Of a stretch of 54,468 nt of DNA, positions 26,102 to 34,965 are shown piece by piece. The stretch spans positions 1 through 54,468 of the forward strand of contig DATFRD010000350.1 of the NCBI GenBank assembly GCA_035263645.1. Reading direction: 5' to 3'. Numbering within the stretch: the stretch's first letter is position 1; every line of letters starts with the position of its first letter. Under the pieces are notes generated by a model, which made no database searches, had not been told where the DNA came from, and saw only the letters and a program-made list of their open reading frames with translations. This stretch comes from Candidatus Dormiibacterota bacterium. Its GTDB lineage: Bacteria; Chloroflexota; Dormibacteria; Dormibacterales; Dormibacteraceae. A program made the translations under genes and the position numbers.

Positions 26102-26136
26102 GGTAACCATTGCGTTACCGTAACGCCGCTGTTACC
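26102..26136. promoter_or_regulatory. tandem inverted repeats GGTAAC-N6-GTTACC and GTAAC-N6-GTTACC (candidate ArsR-family operator)
   Basis: Read directly. Ends 11 nt upstream of the ArsR GTG at 26148. Confidence 0.5.
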
Positions 26137-26147
26137 ATTCGTCTCCC

Positions 26148-26471
26148 GTGGCGAAGCCAGCCGAGGCCGGAGACCCATTCGAGGCGCTGGGCAACGCCCA
26201 GCGGCGCGCCATCGTCGAGCTGCTCGCCCGAGGCGGGCGCTCGGTGCGCGAGATCGCCGACGAGCTGCCCATCAGCCGGCCGGCCGTCTCGCGCCACCTG
26301 GCCGTGCTGACCCGGGCAGGCCTGGTGGCCGACGAGCCCCGAGGGCAGCGCCGGCTCTACCGGCTCGACCGGTTGGGCGTCGAGTCGATGAGAGCGTACC
26401 TGGAGGACGTGTGGGGGGAGGCGTCGGCACGGTTCCGACTCTTCGCCGAGAACACCCAGACGCGCCCGTGA
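26148..26471 (+). CDS. ArsR/SmtB family transcriptional regulator
   Basis: 107 aa. FEALGNAQRRAIVELLARGGRSVREIADELPISRPAVSRHLAVLTRAGLV. Confidence 0.9.
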   Translation: MAKPAEAGDPFEALGNAQRRAIVELLARGGRSVREIADELPISRPAVSRHLAVLTRAGLVADEPRGQRRLYRLDRLGVESMRAYLEDVWGEASARFRLFAENTQTRP

Positions 26472-27355
26472 TCGAGCCTCTGCGCTTCACCTTCGTGGTG
26501 GCGTGTGGCGCCGACCACGCCTTCAGCACCTGGACCGAGCGCGCCGCCGCCTGGTGGCCGAGGCAGCACACCATTGCCCAGCAGGAGGTCGCCGAGATCG
26601 TGTTCGAGCCCCGTGTGGGCGGCCGTATCTTCGAACGCACCCGGGCCGGCGGCGAGAGCGAGTGGGGCGAGGTCACCATCTACGACCGACCGCGCCGTAT
26701 CGCCTACCTCTGGTTCATCGCGGCGAACCGCTCCGACGCCACCGAGGTCGAGATCCGGTTCGTCGAGGAGGCGGCCCACCAGACCCGGGTCGAGATCGAG
26801 CACCGCGGCTGGGAGCGTCTCGGAACTGCACGCGGCCCAGCGTGGCGCGACGTGAACCAGGGCGGGTGGGACGGCGTCCTGCCCTGTTACCTCGCGGCGT
26901 GTGCCAGCGCCGCAGCGGCGAACCCATCGGGAGGACAACACATGGCGACATCCGTGGGAACCGGCACCCAGGAGAGCCCCTGGCGGCTCAAGACGCCCCC
27001 GGGGACGTCGGAGTACCAGATGTGGCGAGATGAGACGGCCGACCCCCCGGCGCTGGTCTGCCAGGTCGGCGGCACCCAGCTCCGCTATCACCTGCGCTGC
27101 ATCGACGACCTTCACCAGATGCTCAAACAGCACGGCGACTGGATGCCACTCGGCGGCGCCGACGAGCAGAAGCCGGCGCCGGATGGCAGCGTGGAGGCAT
27201 GGGGGCGCTCACAGGACAACCCCGTCCGCGGCTGGTACGGCCTGAAGAAGGGCCTGCGCGGGCGCTTCGGCGTCTACGTCCCGCCGCTGCTCGAGGCTCT
27301 CGGCCTGGCCGAGCTGGAGCACAACCCCAGGAACAACCGGATGCGCGCCCTGTAG
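26468..27355 (+). CDS. SRPBCC/AHSA1-like domain fused in frame to a conserved C-terminal domain of unknown function
   Basis: GTG 26468 (GTGA overlap with the ArsR stop). First ~158 aa are AHSA1-like (ADHAFSTWTERAAAWWP ... GGRIFERT ... VEIEHRGWERLG). From ATG 26942 a distinct ~137-aa domain begins (ESPWRLKTPPGTSEYQMWRDE ... NRMRAL). Confidence 0.8.
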   Translation: MIEPLRFTFVVACGADHAFSTWTERAAAWWPRQHTIAQQEVAEIVFEPRVGGRIFERTRAGGESEWGEVTIYDRPRRIAYLWFIAANRSDATEVEIRFVEEAAHQTRVEIEHRGWERLGTARGPAWRDVNQGGWDGVLPCYLAACASAAAANPSGGQHMATSVGTGTQESPWRLKTPPGTSEYQMWRDETADPPALVCQVGGTQLRYHLRCIDDLHQMLKQHGDWMPLGGADEQKPAPDGSVEAWGRSQDNPVRGWYGLKKGLRGRFGVYVPPLLEALGLAELEHNPRNNRMRAL

Positions 27356-27386
27356 CCGCCCGATGCGGCGGGTCCGTCGCGTTCCG

Positions 27387-27418
27387 TTGCCGACGCCGGT
27401 GGTCGCCGGCGTCGGCAA
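27387..27418. terminator. 13-bp perfect stem hairpin TTGCCGACGCCGG-tggtcg-CCGGCGTCGGCAA between convergent genes
   Basis: Read directly. No T tract. Confidence 0.4.
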
Positions 27419-27518
27419 ACGCCGACGCGCTCCGCGCTCGACACGCTGACGTGCCGCCACTGAGACCAGGAGGCGCCGAGCCCCCAGGATCACATCTCGG
27501 TGGCGAGACCTGTGACTC

Positions 27519-27932
27519 TTAGCCCGCTGAACCTGCGTTGCCGACCCTGGCTGCCGCGAGCTTCTCGGCCCGGGCGGCGCGCGCCTTCGCGAGGGCCTGA
27601 CGCCGACGCTCCAGCACTTCGGGGTCGGTGATCGGCTTGCGCTGGCGCCGCTGAGGCACCGCTGCTGCCGCCGCCGCCACGCCGCTCACTCTGCCGCGCC
27701 GGCCGCGGGGAGCCCCCGTCAATCGACCGAGGACGTCGCCGATGTCGCGCAGCTCGGACTTGAGGCGCTCGTTCTCCGCCTTGAGGTCCTTGTTCTCACG
27801 CTGCAGCGACTCGTTGGTAGTGACGATCTGGCTGATCTGTCCGATGACGAGTCCGCTTCGGCCGGCCGGGCGGGCGGTGCGTCGCCTGCTCCTGGTTGTG
27901 GTCGCTCTGCTGTCTCCTGATGTCCGTGGCAC
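27519..27932 (-). CDS. hypothetical coiled-coil protein
   Basis: 137 aa. Basic N-terminus, heptad-like segment ESLQRENKDLKAENERLKSELRDIGDVLGRL, basic C-terminus. No family recognised. Confidence 0.5.
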   Translation of the reverse strand: MPRTSGDSRATTTRSRRRTARPAGRSGLVIGQISQIVTTNESLQRENKDLKAENERLKSELRDIGDVLGRLTGAPRGRRGRVSGVAAAAAAVPQRRQRKPITDPEVLERRRQALAKARAARAEKLAAARVGNAGSAG

Positions 27933-28270
27933 TGTCCTTCCTCGTGAGTGTCGTCGATCCTACGACTCCTAAGACTCTAGCACAAGCCATGGCGACAACA
28001 CAGTCCCGGACCGCAGGGTGTGCTGACGAAGGAGGCTCGGTTTTCGTGGAGTCGGCGGCGCCCCTGAGCCGCAGACCGCGTCGGGCGCCGCTTAGCATCG
28101 AAAATGTCCAGCATTGGTGACGTGCGCCAGCTCCCAGAGCCGACGATGGTCGGTCCGCCCCGACGTCATGAATTTGTAATGCGCTGGCTGGGCCGGGGGC
28201 CGCTGCAGAGGGCTGCGGCCGCGTACCGCGTGAATCGGCACGGACGCGGTTCCTGCAGTACCCTCCGGCC

Positions 28271-29371
28271 ATGAAAGCCGCTGTCCTCTATGAGGTCGGG
28301 CAGCCACTGCGGGTCGAGGACGTCGACCTGGACGGGCCCCGCGACGGCGAGGTGCTCGTCCGCATCGGTGCCGCTGGGGTCTGCCACTCCGACTACCACT
28401 TCATGAAGGGCGATCTCTCCATCGGCCTGCCCTGCGTGCTGGGCCACGAGGGTGCTGGCGTCGTCGAGGAGGTGGGCCGCGGCGTGGCGTCCGTCAAGCC
28501 GGGCGACCACGTCGTGCTGCTCTTCCGGCCCAACTGCGGACACTGTGAGTTCTGCAGCCAGGGTCGGCCCGCGCTGTGCTGGATGGCGGGACAGCTGCGC
28601 AACACCGGCCGTCTGCTCGACGGGACGAGCCGACTGTCCAGCGCCGGCGCGGAGATCAAGCACTTCCTGGGGGTCTCCTGCTTCGCCGAGCGGACCGTCG
28701 TCCCCGAGCAGGGCGTCGTGCCCATCCCGGAGGACGTTCCGATGGAGGTGGCGGCGCTGGTCGGCTGTGCCGTCATGACAGGAGTCGGCGCGGTCACGAA
28801 CACCGCGCACGTCACCCCGGGCGCCGCCGTGCTCGTCGTGGGAGCCGGTGGCGTCGGGCTGAACTGCGTCATGGGCGCCGCGCTGGTCGGCGCGCACCCC
28901 ATCATCGTCGCCGACCTGATCGACGCCAAGCTGGAGACGGCGATGGACTTCGGCGCGACGCACGCGGTGAACGTCCGCACGCGAGACCTGGTGGAGGCGG
29001 TGCGCGAGCTGACGAACGGCGAGGGCGTCGACTACTCCTTCGAGGCTATCGGCAGCCCGACGGCGATGACACAGGCGTTCCAGTCCCTCCGGCGCGGCGG
29101 CGTGGCGACGGCGGTGGGCATCGCCGCAGCGGGCAGCGAGCTGTCGATCAACGCGGGTGAGCTCGTCTACCAGGAGAAGACCCTCAAGGGCAGCTACTAC
29201 GGCTCGACGCGGCCGCAGGCCGACATGCCCAGGCTGCTCCAGCTCTACCGGGCGGGCCGGCTGCCGATCGACCGGCTGATCAGCCGCCGCTACCCCCTGG
29301 AGCAAGTCAATGAGGCCTACGACGCGCTCATCGCCGGCGAGGTCGCGCGCTCAGTGCTGATCCCGGGGTAG
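28271..29371 (+). CDS. zinc-dependent alcohol dehydrogenase (class III/formaldehyde dehydrogenase-like)
   Basis: GVCHSD, GHEGAGVV, structural-zinc CGHCEFCSQGRPALC, Rossmann VLVVGAGGVGL. Confidence 0.92.
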   Translation: MKAAVLYEVGQPLRVEDVDLDGPRDGEVLVRIGAAGVCHSDYHFMKGDLSIGLPCVLGHEGAGVVEEVGRGVASVKPGDHVVLLFRPNCGHCEFCSQGRPALCWMAGQLRNTGRLLDGTSRLSSAGAEIKHFLGVSCFAERTVVPEQGVVPIPEDVPMEVAALVGCAVMTGVGAVTNTAHVTPGAAVLVVGAGGVGLNCVMGAALVGAHPIIVADLIDAKLETAMDFGATHAVNVRTRDLVEAVRELTNGEGVDYSFEAIGSPTAMTQAFQSLRRGGVATAVGIAAAGSELSINAGELVYQEKTLKGSYYGSTRPQADMPRLLQLYRAGRLPIDRLISRRYPLEQVNEAYDALIAGEVARSVLIPG

Positions 29372-29652
29372 CTGCCGGCAACCGGGCCGTGTGCATGGCC
29401 GGGATGGCGCGCAGGCCGGCTGACGTCCGGTCAGGTGGACAGTCAGGCCGACATGTGCTCGGCGCCGGGCGTCCAGGTGGGGGGCTGGGACTCCGAGTAC
29501 TGATTTCCTGACGACTCCCCGTGTGTCCACGCAGATGTGACCTCAAGCCCGCCCGTGACAGTCCGGGCGATTGGCGCTCCGGACGCGCAGTGTGTATGCG
29601 CCCAGCAGGGTGCTGACGCGTGCCAGCCGGCGCCGTGATGCTGGCTCGTGGC

Positions 29653-30834
29653 TCAGCCCGATGCCGCCAGCCGCTCCTCCAGGAGCCGGCGTTCGGCCGG
29701 GTTGCGCGTCAGCGCCAGCGCCCGCCCGTCAGCCGCCCTGGCTTCCACGGGCCGGCCCAGCCGACGCAGGAGCTCCGCGCGCGTGGCGTGGAACAGGTGG
29801 TAGTGACGCAGCTCCGGCTCCAGTCGCTCCACCTCCGCCAGCGCCTCGTCCGGTCCCACCCCGTGACCGAGGGCGATCGCGCGGTTCAGGCGGACCACGG
29901 CGGTCGGCGTCAGGCGCAGCAGCGCGTCGTACAGCAGCAGCACCTGGCGCCAGTCGGTGGCCTCCCAGGACAGGGCCTCAGCGTGGCACGCGGCGATCGC
30001 CGCCTGCAGCTGGTACGGGCCCGGCCGGCCGCGCCGCATCGCGCCCAGCAGCAGCTCGGACGCGGCCGCGATCGCCTCCCGGTCCCACAGCGACCGGTCC
30101 TGGTCGCGCAGGAGCACGAGGCGCCCGTCGGGGCCGAAGCGGGCGGCCCAGCGGGCGCGGTGCAGGCGCAGGAGGGCGAGCAGGCCCTCCGCCTCCGGCT
30201 GGGCCGGCAGCAGGCGCACCACCAGCCTGGCCAGCCACTCGGCGTCGTCGGCCAGGTCGCGACGATCTGGGCTCGGCCCGGCCGTGGCCAGGTAGCCCTC
30301 GTTGAACATGAGGTAGATCACGGCCAGGACCTCGCCCAGCCGTTCGTCGAGCTGCTCGGCGGCGGGGACGCGGTAGGCGATGCCGGCCGCCACGATCTTG
30401 CGCTTGGCCCGGACGATGCGCTGGGCGATCGCCGTCTCCGTGGCCAGGAACGCGTGGGCGATCTGGGGGGTGGTCAGGCCGATGACCGCCCGCAGGGTCA
30501 GCGCAAGCTGCGCCTCTCGGCCAAGGGCCGGGTGGCAGCAGGTGAAGATGAGGCGCAGCCGGTCGTCCACCTCGTCGGCGCGCTCAGGCGGCGGCGCCTC
30601 CCGAACGAGCTGGGCCAGCTTCTCCTCGTACCGTCGCTGCCGCCGCCAGTGGTCGATCGCGCGGCGCCGGGCCGTGGCCAGCAGCCACCCGGCCGGGTCC
30701 TCGGGCACGCCCCTCTCGGGCCAGCTCCGCAGCGCGGCCACCACTGCGTCCTGGACCAGGTCCTCGGCCAGCGCGAAATCGCCCAGCAGTCGAACGAGGG
30801 CCGCCGTCAGGCGGCCCGCCTCGTCCCGCACCAC
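29653..30834 (-). CDS. ECF sigma factor with long C-terminal TPR-like extension (ECF42-type)
   Basis: Sigma2/sigma4 regions (LGDFALAEDLVQDAVVAAL ... WLLATARRRAIDHWRRQRR ... LTTPQIAHAFLATETAIAQRIVRAKRKI) plus a ~200-aa helical C-terminal domain. Lies downstream of a DGPF gene. Confidence 0.88.
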   Translation of the reverse strand: MVRDEAGRLTAALVRLLGDFALAEDLVQDAVVAALRSWPERGVPEDPAGWLLATARRRAIDHWRRQRRYEEKLAQLVREAPPPERADEVDDRLRLIFTCCHPALGREAQLALTLRAVIGLTTPQIAHAFLATETAIAQRIVRAKRKIVAAGIAYRVPAAEQLDERLGEVLAVIYLMFNEGYLATAGPSPDRRDLADDAEWLARLVVRLLPAQPEAEGLLALLRLHRARWAARFGPDGRLVLLRDQDRSLWDREAIAAASELLLGAMRRGRPGPYQLQAAIAACHAEALSWEATDWRQVLLLYDALLRLTPTAVVRLNRAIALGHGVGPDEALAEVERLEPELRHYHLFHATRAELLRRLGRPVEARAADGRALALTRNPAERRLLEERLAASG

Positions 30835-30882
30835 CGCGGTCAGCGCGGCGTCGGCGCTGGTCCTCGTCGCTGGTTCGATCGC

Positions 30883-31221
30883 TCAATGGTGGACCATCGG
30901 CCGGATCTCCACCCGGTGGCTCTGGGCGGGCCAGGACCGCGCGATCTCGATCGCAGCGTCCAGGTCCGGGACCTCGATCATGGCGAAGCCGCCGACCGTC
31001 TCCTTCGTCTCGAGGAAGGGCCCGTCGGTCAGGATCGAGCGGCCCTCGTCCCAGCTCACCGTGGTGGCCGTGCGGGCGGCCTGCAGCTCCGCGCCGCCCT
31101 GGAGGACGCCACGCCCGGCGAGCTCCCCGAACCAGCGCATGATGGCGGGGTAGTCGCGTTCCTCGTCCGTGAGCGCCTCCCACGCCTCGTCGGAGCGGAC
31201 CAGCATCAGCACGTACTTCAC
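30883..31221 (-). CDS. YCII/DGPF domain protein
   Basis: GTG 31221 after GGAGG. 112 aa, KYVLMLVRSDE ... LTDGPFLETKETVGGFAMIEV. Confidence 0.85.
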   Translation of the reverse strand: MKYVLMLVRSDEAWEALTDEERDYPAIMRWFGELAGRGVLQGGAELQAARTATTVSWDEGRSILTDGPFLETKETVGGFAMIEVPDLDAAIEIARSWPAQSHRVEIRPMVHH

Positions 31222-31649
31222 GTCCCCTCCCCCGCCTCGGCTGCCGCCTTGAGGCCGCCCAGGATGGGCTCGAAGCCGTCGGCGATGCGCCGCCCCATCA
31301 TCGCCGAGTAGAGCGGTCCGAGCGGACCGCCGATCGTGATGCTCTGGCTGATCGTGGACGACCCGGAGCCCGTGGGCCGGACCTCGCATCGGAACGCGAA
31401 GCGGCCGAGCGGGATGGGTGAGGTCTCCAGCCGGAACGATCGGCCCGGCTGGACGGTCTGCAGCGTGATCGCGTGCGTCCCTCCCGCCCTGGTGGTCATC
31501 CTGCCCGTCGTGCCACTGGCGAAGGCACCGTCGATCGAGATCGACAGGACGTCCGGGTTCCACCGCGGCCAGGTGCTGACATCTGACCAGATCTGCCAGA
31601 CCCGGTCGGAGCTGGCGTGCGCTTCCAGGCTTCTCTCATGGACCGCCAT
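31218..31649 (-). CDS. SRPBCC (polyketide cyclase/START-like) family protein
   Basis: ATG 31649 five nt after GGAGGAG. SLEAHASSDRVWQIWSDVSTWPRWNPDV. GTGA overlap with the DGPF start. Confidence 0.8.
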   Translation of the reverse strand: MAVHERSLEAHASSDRVWQIWSDVSTWPRWNPDVLSISIDGAFASGTTGRMTTRAGGTHAITLQTVQPGRSFRLETSPIPLGRFAFRCEVRPTGSGSSTISQSITIGGPLGPLYSAMMGRRIADGFEPILGGLKAAAEAGEGT

Positions 31650-31793
31650 CGGATCTCCTCCAACGAAACCGGCCGCCACGGCTGGCGGCTCGTGCATAGG
31701 AACGAACGGTCGCGGGGCGGGATCGACATCATCGCCGGTCCCGCGCCCTCGATCGACGCGTTCAGACCTTCGCTCGCGCCGTCGGAAGCGCTC

Positions 31794-32969
31794 CTAGGCT
31801 TCCCTTCCGCGCCAGGCCTCTCGCAGCCTGACCCTCGCCCCGATCCGCAGCACCGAGTTGGCATAGATCCGAGCCGCGAGCGCGTTCAGGCCGGCGATGG
31901 TCGACACGGTGAGGACGACTGCCAGCAGCACCTGCCACGCCTGCGCGTCTCCGCTCGCCATGCGCGCGGGCATCAGCACGGGAGCCAGGGGCGGGAGCAT
32001 CGTGAGCGCGACGGCAACGGGATTGTCCGGGCTGGCCAGCACCCAGAAGAGGGCGAGGTAGCTGCCGACGATGAGCATGGTGATCGGCATCGTGACCGCG
32101 GCGACGTCCTCCTGTCGGGAGACCAGCGCGGCTCCGGCGGCGTACACGAGGGCGTAGAGGACGAAGCCCAGCACGAACCAGACGAGCCCGCCCACGACGG
32201 CGGTCACTCCGATGGTCGGCACGCTCACGACGTGGGTCCGCGCCGCGACCACCAGGGCGACCCCGCCGACCAGCACAAGCTGCAGGACCCCGACCAGCCC
32301 GATCCCGATGACCTTGCCCAGCAGGAGCTGGCGCGGGCGCACCGTGGAGAGCAGGATCTCGACGATGCGGTTTGCCTTCTCCTCGACGACGCCCTGCGCG
32401 ACGAGCTGCCCGTAGACCAGGAGCGCCACGTAGAGAAGGATCGCGACGACGACGCCTGCCACGGTCCGCTGGGTCCGCTGGGCCGCGGTGGGGCTGAGGG
32501 CCGTGAGGTCGATCTTCGCCGCCGCGACCTGGGCCTCGATCGCTGCCGGATCGACGCCGCGGGCCGACACCGCCCGGTTCAGCGCACCCTGTCTGACCAG
32601 CCCGGTCAGCGCGGCCGCCACGGTCGGGTTGAGCTGGTCCTTGACCACGACCGTGGGCTCGACCGGGTCCCCGCTCACCAGCACGTCGAGGCTCCCCGAC
32701 CGGACCTCGTTCTCGCCGGCCTGGAGATCCGGCACCGTGCGGGTCTCCACGCGCACGTCGAGCCCGGCGGTGGACGCTTTCAGCGGCTGGGCCAGCGCCT
32801 GCGCCTGGCCGGTGAACCCGACGGTGACCGTGGTCACGGCCCGGTTGAAGACGAGCGCCTGCACGGCGATGTAGCCCGCCACCAGCACGAGCAGCAGCCC
32901 GGTCGCGATCAGGAAGAGCCTGCTCCGCACCCTCGTCACGAACTCGCGGCGGACGATCAGGCGAAGCAT
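31794..32969 (-). CDS. ABC-2 type transporter permease (NatB-like)
   Basis: MLRLIVRREFVTRVRSRLF, then a large extracytoplasmic loop and 5 C-terminal helices. Alternative ATG at 33014. Confidence 0.8.
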   Translation of the reverse strand: MLRLIVRREFVTRVRSRLFLIATGLLLVLVAGYIAVQALVFNRAVTTVTVGFTGQAQALAQPLKASTAGLDVRVETRTVPDLQAGENEVRSGSLDVLVSGDPVEPTVVVKDQLNPTVAAALTGLVRQGALNRAVSARGVDPAAIEAQVAAAKIDLTALSPTAAQRTQRTVAGVVVAILLYVALLVYGQLVAQGVVEEKANRIVEILLSTVRPRQLLLGKVIGIGLVGVLQLVLVGGVALVVAARTHVVSVPTIGVTAVVGGLVWFVLGFVLYALVYAAGAALVSRQEDVAAVTMPITMLIVGSYLALFWVLASPDNPVAVALTMLPPLAPVLMPARMASGDAQAWQVLLAVVLTVSTIAGLNALAARIYANSVLRIGARVRLREAWRGREA

Positions 32970-33000
32970 CCGGACCCACTCCGCACCGGCGGCCGTGGCC

Positions 33001-33912
33001 TCAGGCGCTCGCATCCAGCCCTGGCCCGCTGACCGCCTCCCGGAAGAGCTCGAGAAGGCTCGGACGATCACGCCGGAACTCGCGCACGGGTCCCACTGCC
33101 AGCGCGGCGCGGAGAACGACCTGGTCGTCGGTCGAGGGGTCCAGCTCGAGCAGCGCGCGAGGGCCGTCGGCACGGACCAGCCGGACGCCGGGCAGGCCGT
33201 CCGGCCAGCCGGCCGGCGCCTCCACCCAGAGCCGCCGGGGGCCGCCGGCGCGCAGCTCGTCGACGGTGCCGCAGGCGATCAGGTGGCCTCGCTGGATGAT
33301 CCCGACCCGATCGCAGAGCCGCTCGACCAGGTCGAGCTGGTGACTCGAGAAGATCACCGGGAGGCCCGTATCGGCCCGCTCGCGAAGGACGTCGCTCATC
33401 ACGTCGACCGCCTCCGGGTCGAGCCCCGCGAACGGCTCGTCGAGGACCAGCAGGAGCGGATCGAAGACCACAGCGGCCGTGAGCTGGACGCGCTGCTGAT
33501 TGCCGTGGCTCAGGTTCAGCAGCTGGTCGGCGGCGCGGTCCGCCAGCCCGAAGCGTTCGAGCCAGCCGCTGACGGAGCGGGCGGCGTCCGCCGCGGACAT
33601 GCCGTGCAGCTGGGCCAGGTACGTGAGCTGCTCGGCGACCCGCATCTTCGGGTAGAGACCGCGCTCCTCCGGCATGTAGCCGGTCCGCCGGCGCGTCTCG
33701 AAGGTCATCGGAGCGCCACGCCAGCGGACCTGGCCCTCGTCGGGCGTGAGCACGCCGAGCACGATGCGCATGGTGGTCGTCTTGCCGGCGCCGTTGCTGC
33801 CGACGAATCCGAACAGCTCGCCCTGCTGGACCTGGAGGGTGAGGTCCCGCACCGCGGTCAGGTCGCCGTAGCGCTTCGTGATCCCGGTCAGCTCGAGCCC
33901 GCCCACGGTCAC
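33001..33912 (-). CDS. ABC transporter ATP-binding protein
   Basis: Walker A GSNGAGKTTT, signature LSHGNQQRV, Walker B LLVLDEPF. Confidence 0.92.
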   Translation of the reverse strand: MTVGGLELTGITKRYGDLTAVRDLTLQVQQGELFGFVGSNGAGKTTTMRIVLGVLTPDEGQVRWRGAPMTFETRRRTGYMPEERGLYPKMRVAEQLTYLAQLHGMSAADAARSVSGWLERFGLADRAADQLLNLSHGNQQRVQLTAAVVFDPLLLVLDEPFAGLDPEAVDVMSDVLRERADTGLPVIFSSHQLDLVERLCDRVGIIQRGHLIACGTVDELRAGGPRRLWVEAPAGWPDGLPGVRLVRADGPRALLELDPSTDDQVVLRAALAVGPVREFRRDRPSLLELFREAVSGPGLDASA

Positions 33913-34058
33913 GCGGGTAGTATGGGGCCCCCCGGCTCAGCGGCGTCGGCGACTGCGCCTTCCGCGATCCCGGCTACATGCCGGCAGCGACGGCCCCGCT
34001 GAGCGTCTGGCGCACCCCCGCGGCCGTGCGGGGACCCGGGGTGTGGTGTGATGCAGCG

Positions 34059-34940
34059 GTGAAGGTGCGATTCGGCGTCGGGCTCGGGCGCGCCACCAGC
34101 CCGGCCGAGCTTCCCGGCATCGTCGACCGCCTGGAGGCGGCGTCCGTGGACTCGCTGTGGCTGTCCGAGCTGGTCTACAGCTCCCAGGTCGATCCCCTTG
34201 TCGGCATGGCCCACGCGCTCGCCAGGACGGAGCGGCTCAAGGTGGGCACCGGCGTGGCGATCCTGCCCGGCCGCCACCCGGTCCTCGTGGCCAAGCAGCT
34301 CGCCTCCCTGGCCGCTCTGGCGCCCAGACGCGTGCTGCCGGTGTTCGGTCTCCAGCCCGCCCGGCCGGCGGAGCGCGAGCTGTTCCCGGCGCCGGCCGGC
34401 CGGCGCGGCGCCCTGTTCGACGAGTCGCTGCTACTGCTGCGGGCGGTGCTCGAACGTCCTGACGTCAGCTTCGCGGGGGAGTTCCACTCCGTGGTGTGCG
34501 CGAACATCGAGCCGAGGCCCGACCCGCCGCTCGACATCTGGCTCGCCGGCAGTGCGCCTGGCGCGCTGCGCCGCGTCGGACGCCTCGCCGACGGCTGGCT
34601 GGGCAGCTTCCTCAGCCCCGACGAGGCCGGGAGGGCACGGGAGACGATCCGGTCAGCCGCCGCCGAGGCCGGCCGGGAGATCGAGCCGGACCACTACGGG
34701 ATCAGCCTGACGGTGGCCGCGGGAGGCATCCCCCCCGAGCTGGCGGCGGTCGCGCGAGCCCGCCGGCCGGACGCCGACCCCGCGACGCTGGTGGCGGGCA
34801 GCTGGCCGGCGCTGCACCGGCTGCTGGACGGCTACCTCGAGGCTGGGCTCACGAAGTTCGTCATCCGGCCGGCCGGGCCCGGGACCTTCGACGAGTTCCT
34901 GGAGCGGTTCCTCGCGGAGCTCCAGCCTCGCCAGACCTGA
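34059..34940 (+). CDS. LLM-class (luciferase-like) flavin/F420-dependent oxidoreductase
   Basis: GTG 34059 gives MKVRFGVGLG. SLWLSELV, LKVGTGVAILPGRHPVLVAKQLASL, DGWLGSF are typical LLM patterns. Confidence 0.85.
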   Translation: MKVRFGVGLGRATSPAELPGIVDRLEAASVDSLWLSELVYSSQVDPLVGMAHALARTERLKVGTGVAILPGRHPVLVAKQLASLAALAPRRVLPVFGLQPARPAERELFPAPAGRRGALFDESLLLLRAVLERPDVSFAGEFHSVVCANIEPRPDPPLDIWLAGSAPGALRRVGRLADGWLGSFLSPDEAGRARETIRSAAAEAGREIEPDHYGISLTVAAGGIPPELAAVARARRPDADPATLVAGSWPALHRLLDGYLEAGLTKFVIRPAGPGTFDEFLERFLAELQPRQT

Positions 34941-34965
34941 GCCGATGCGACGGCGTTGGGGCCGC

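Noticed and set aside
27896-28120. 74-aa ORF, with an internal 43-aa ATG ORF, in the lower-GC spacer upstream of the alcohol dehydrogenase
   Set aside because: It has no ribosome-binding site, poor codon bias and no recognisable motif. It is treated as non-coding.
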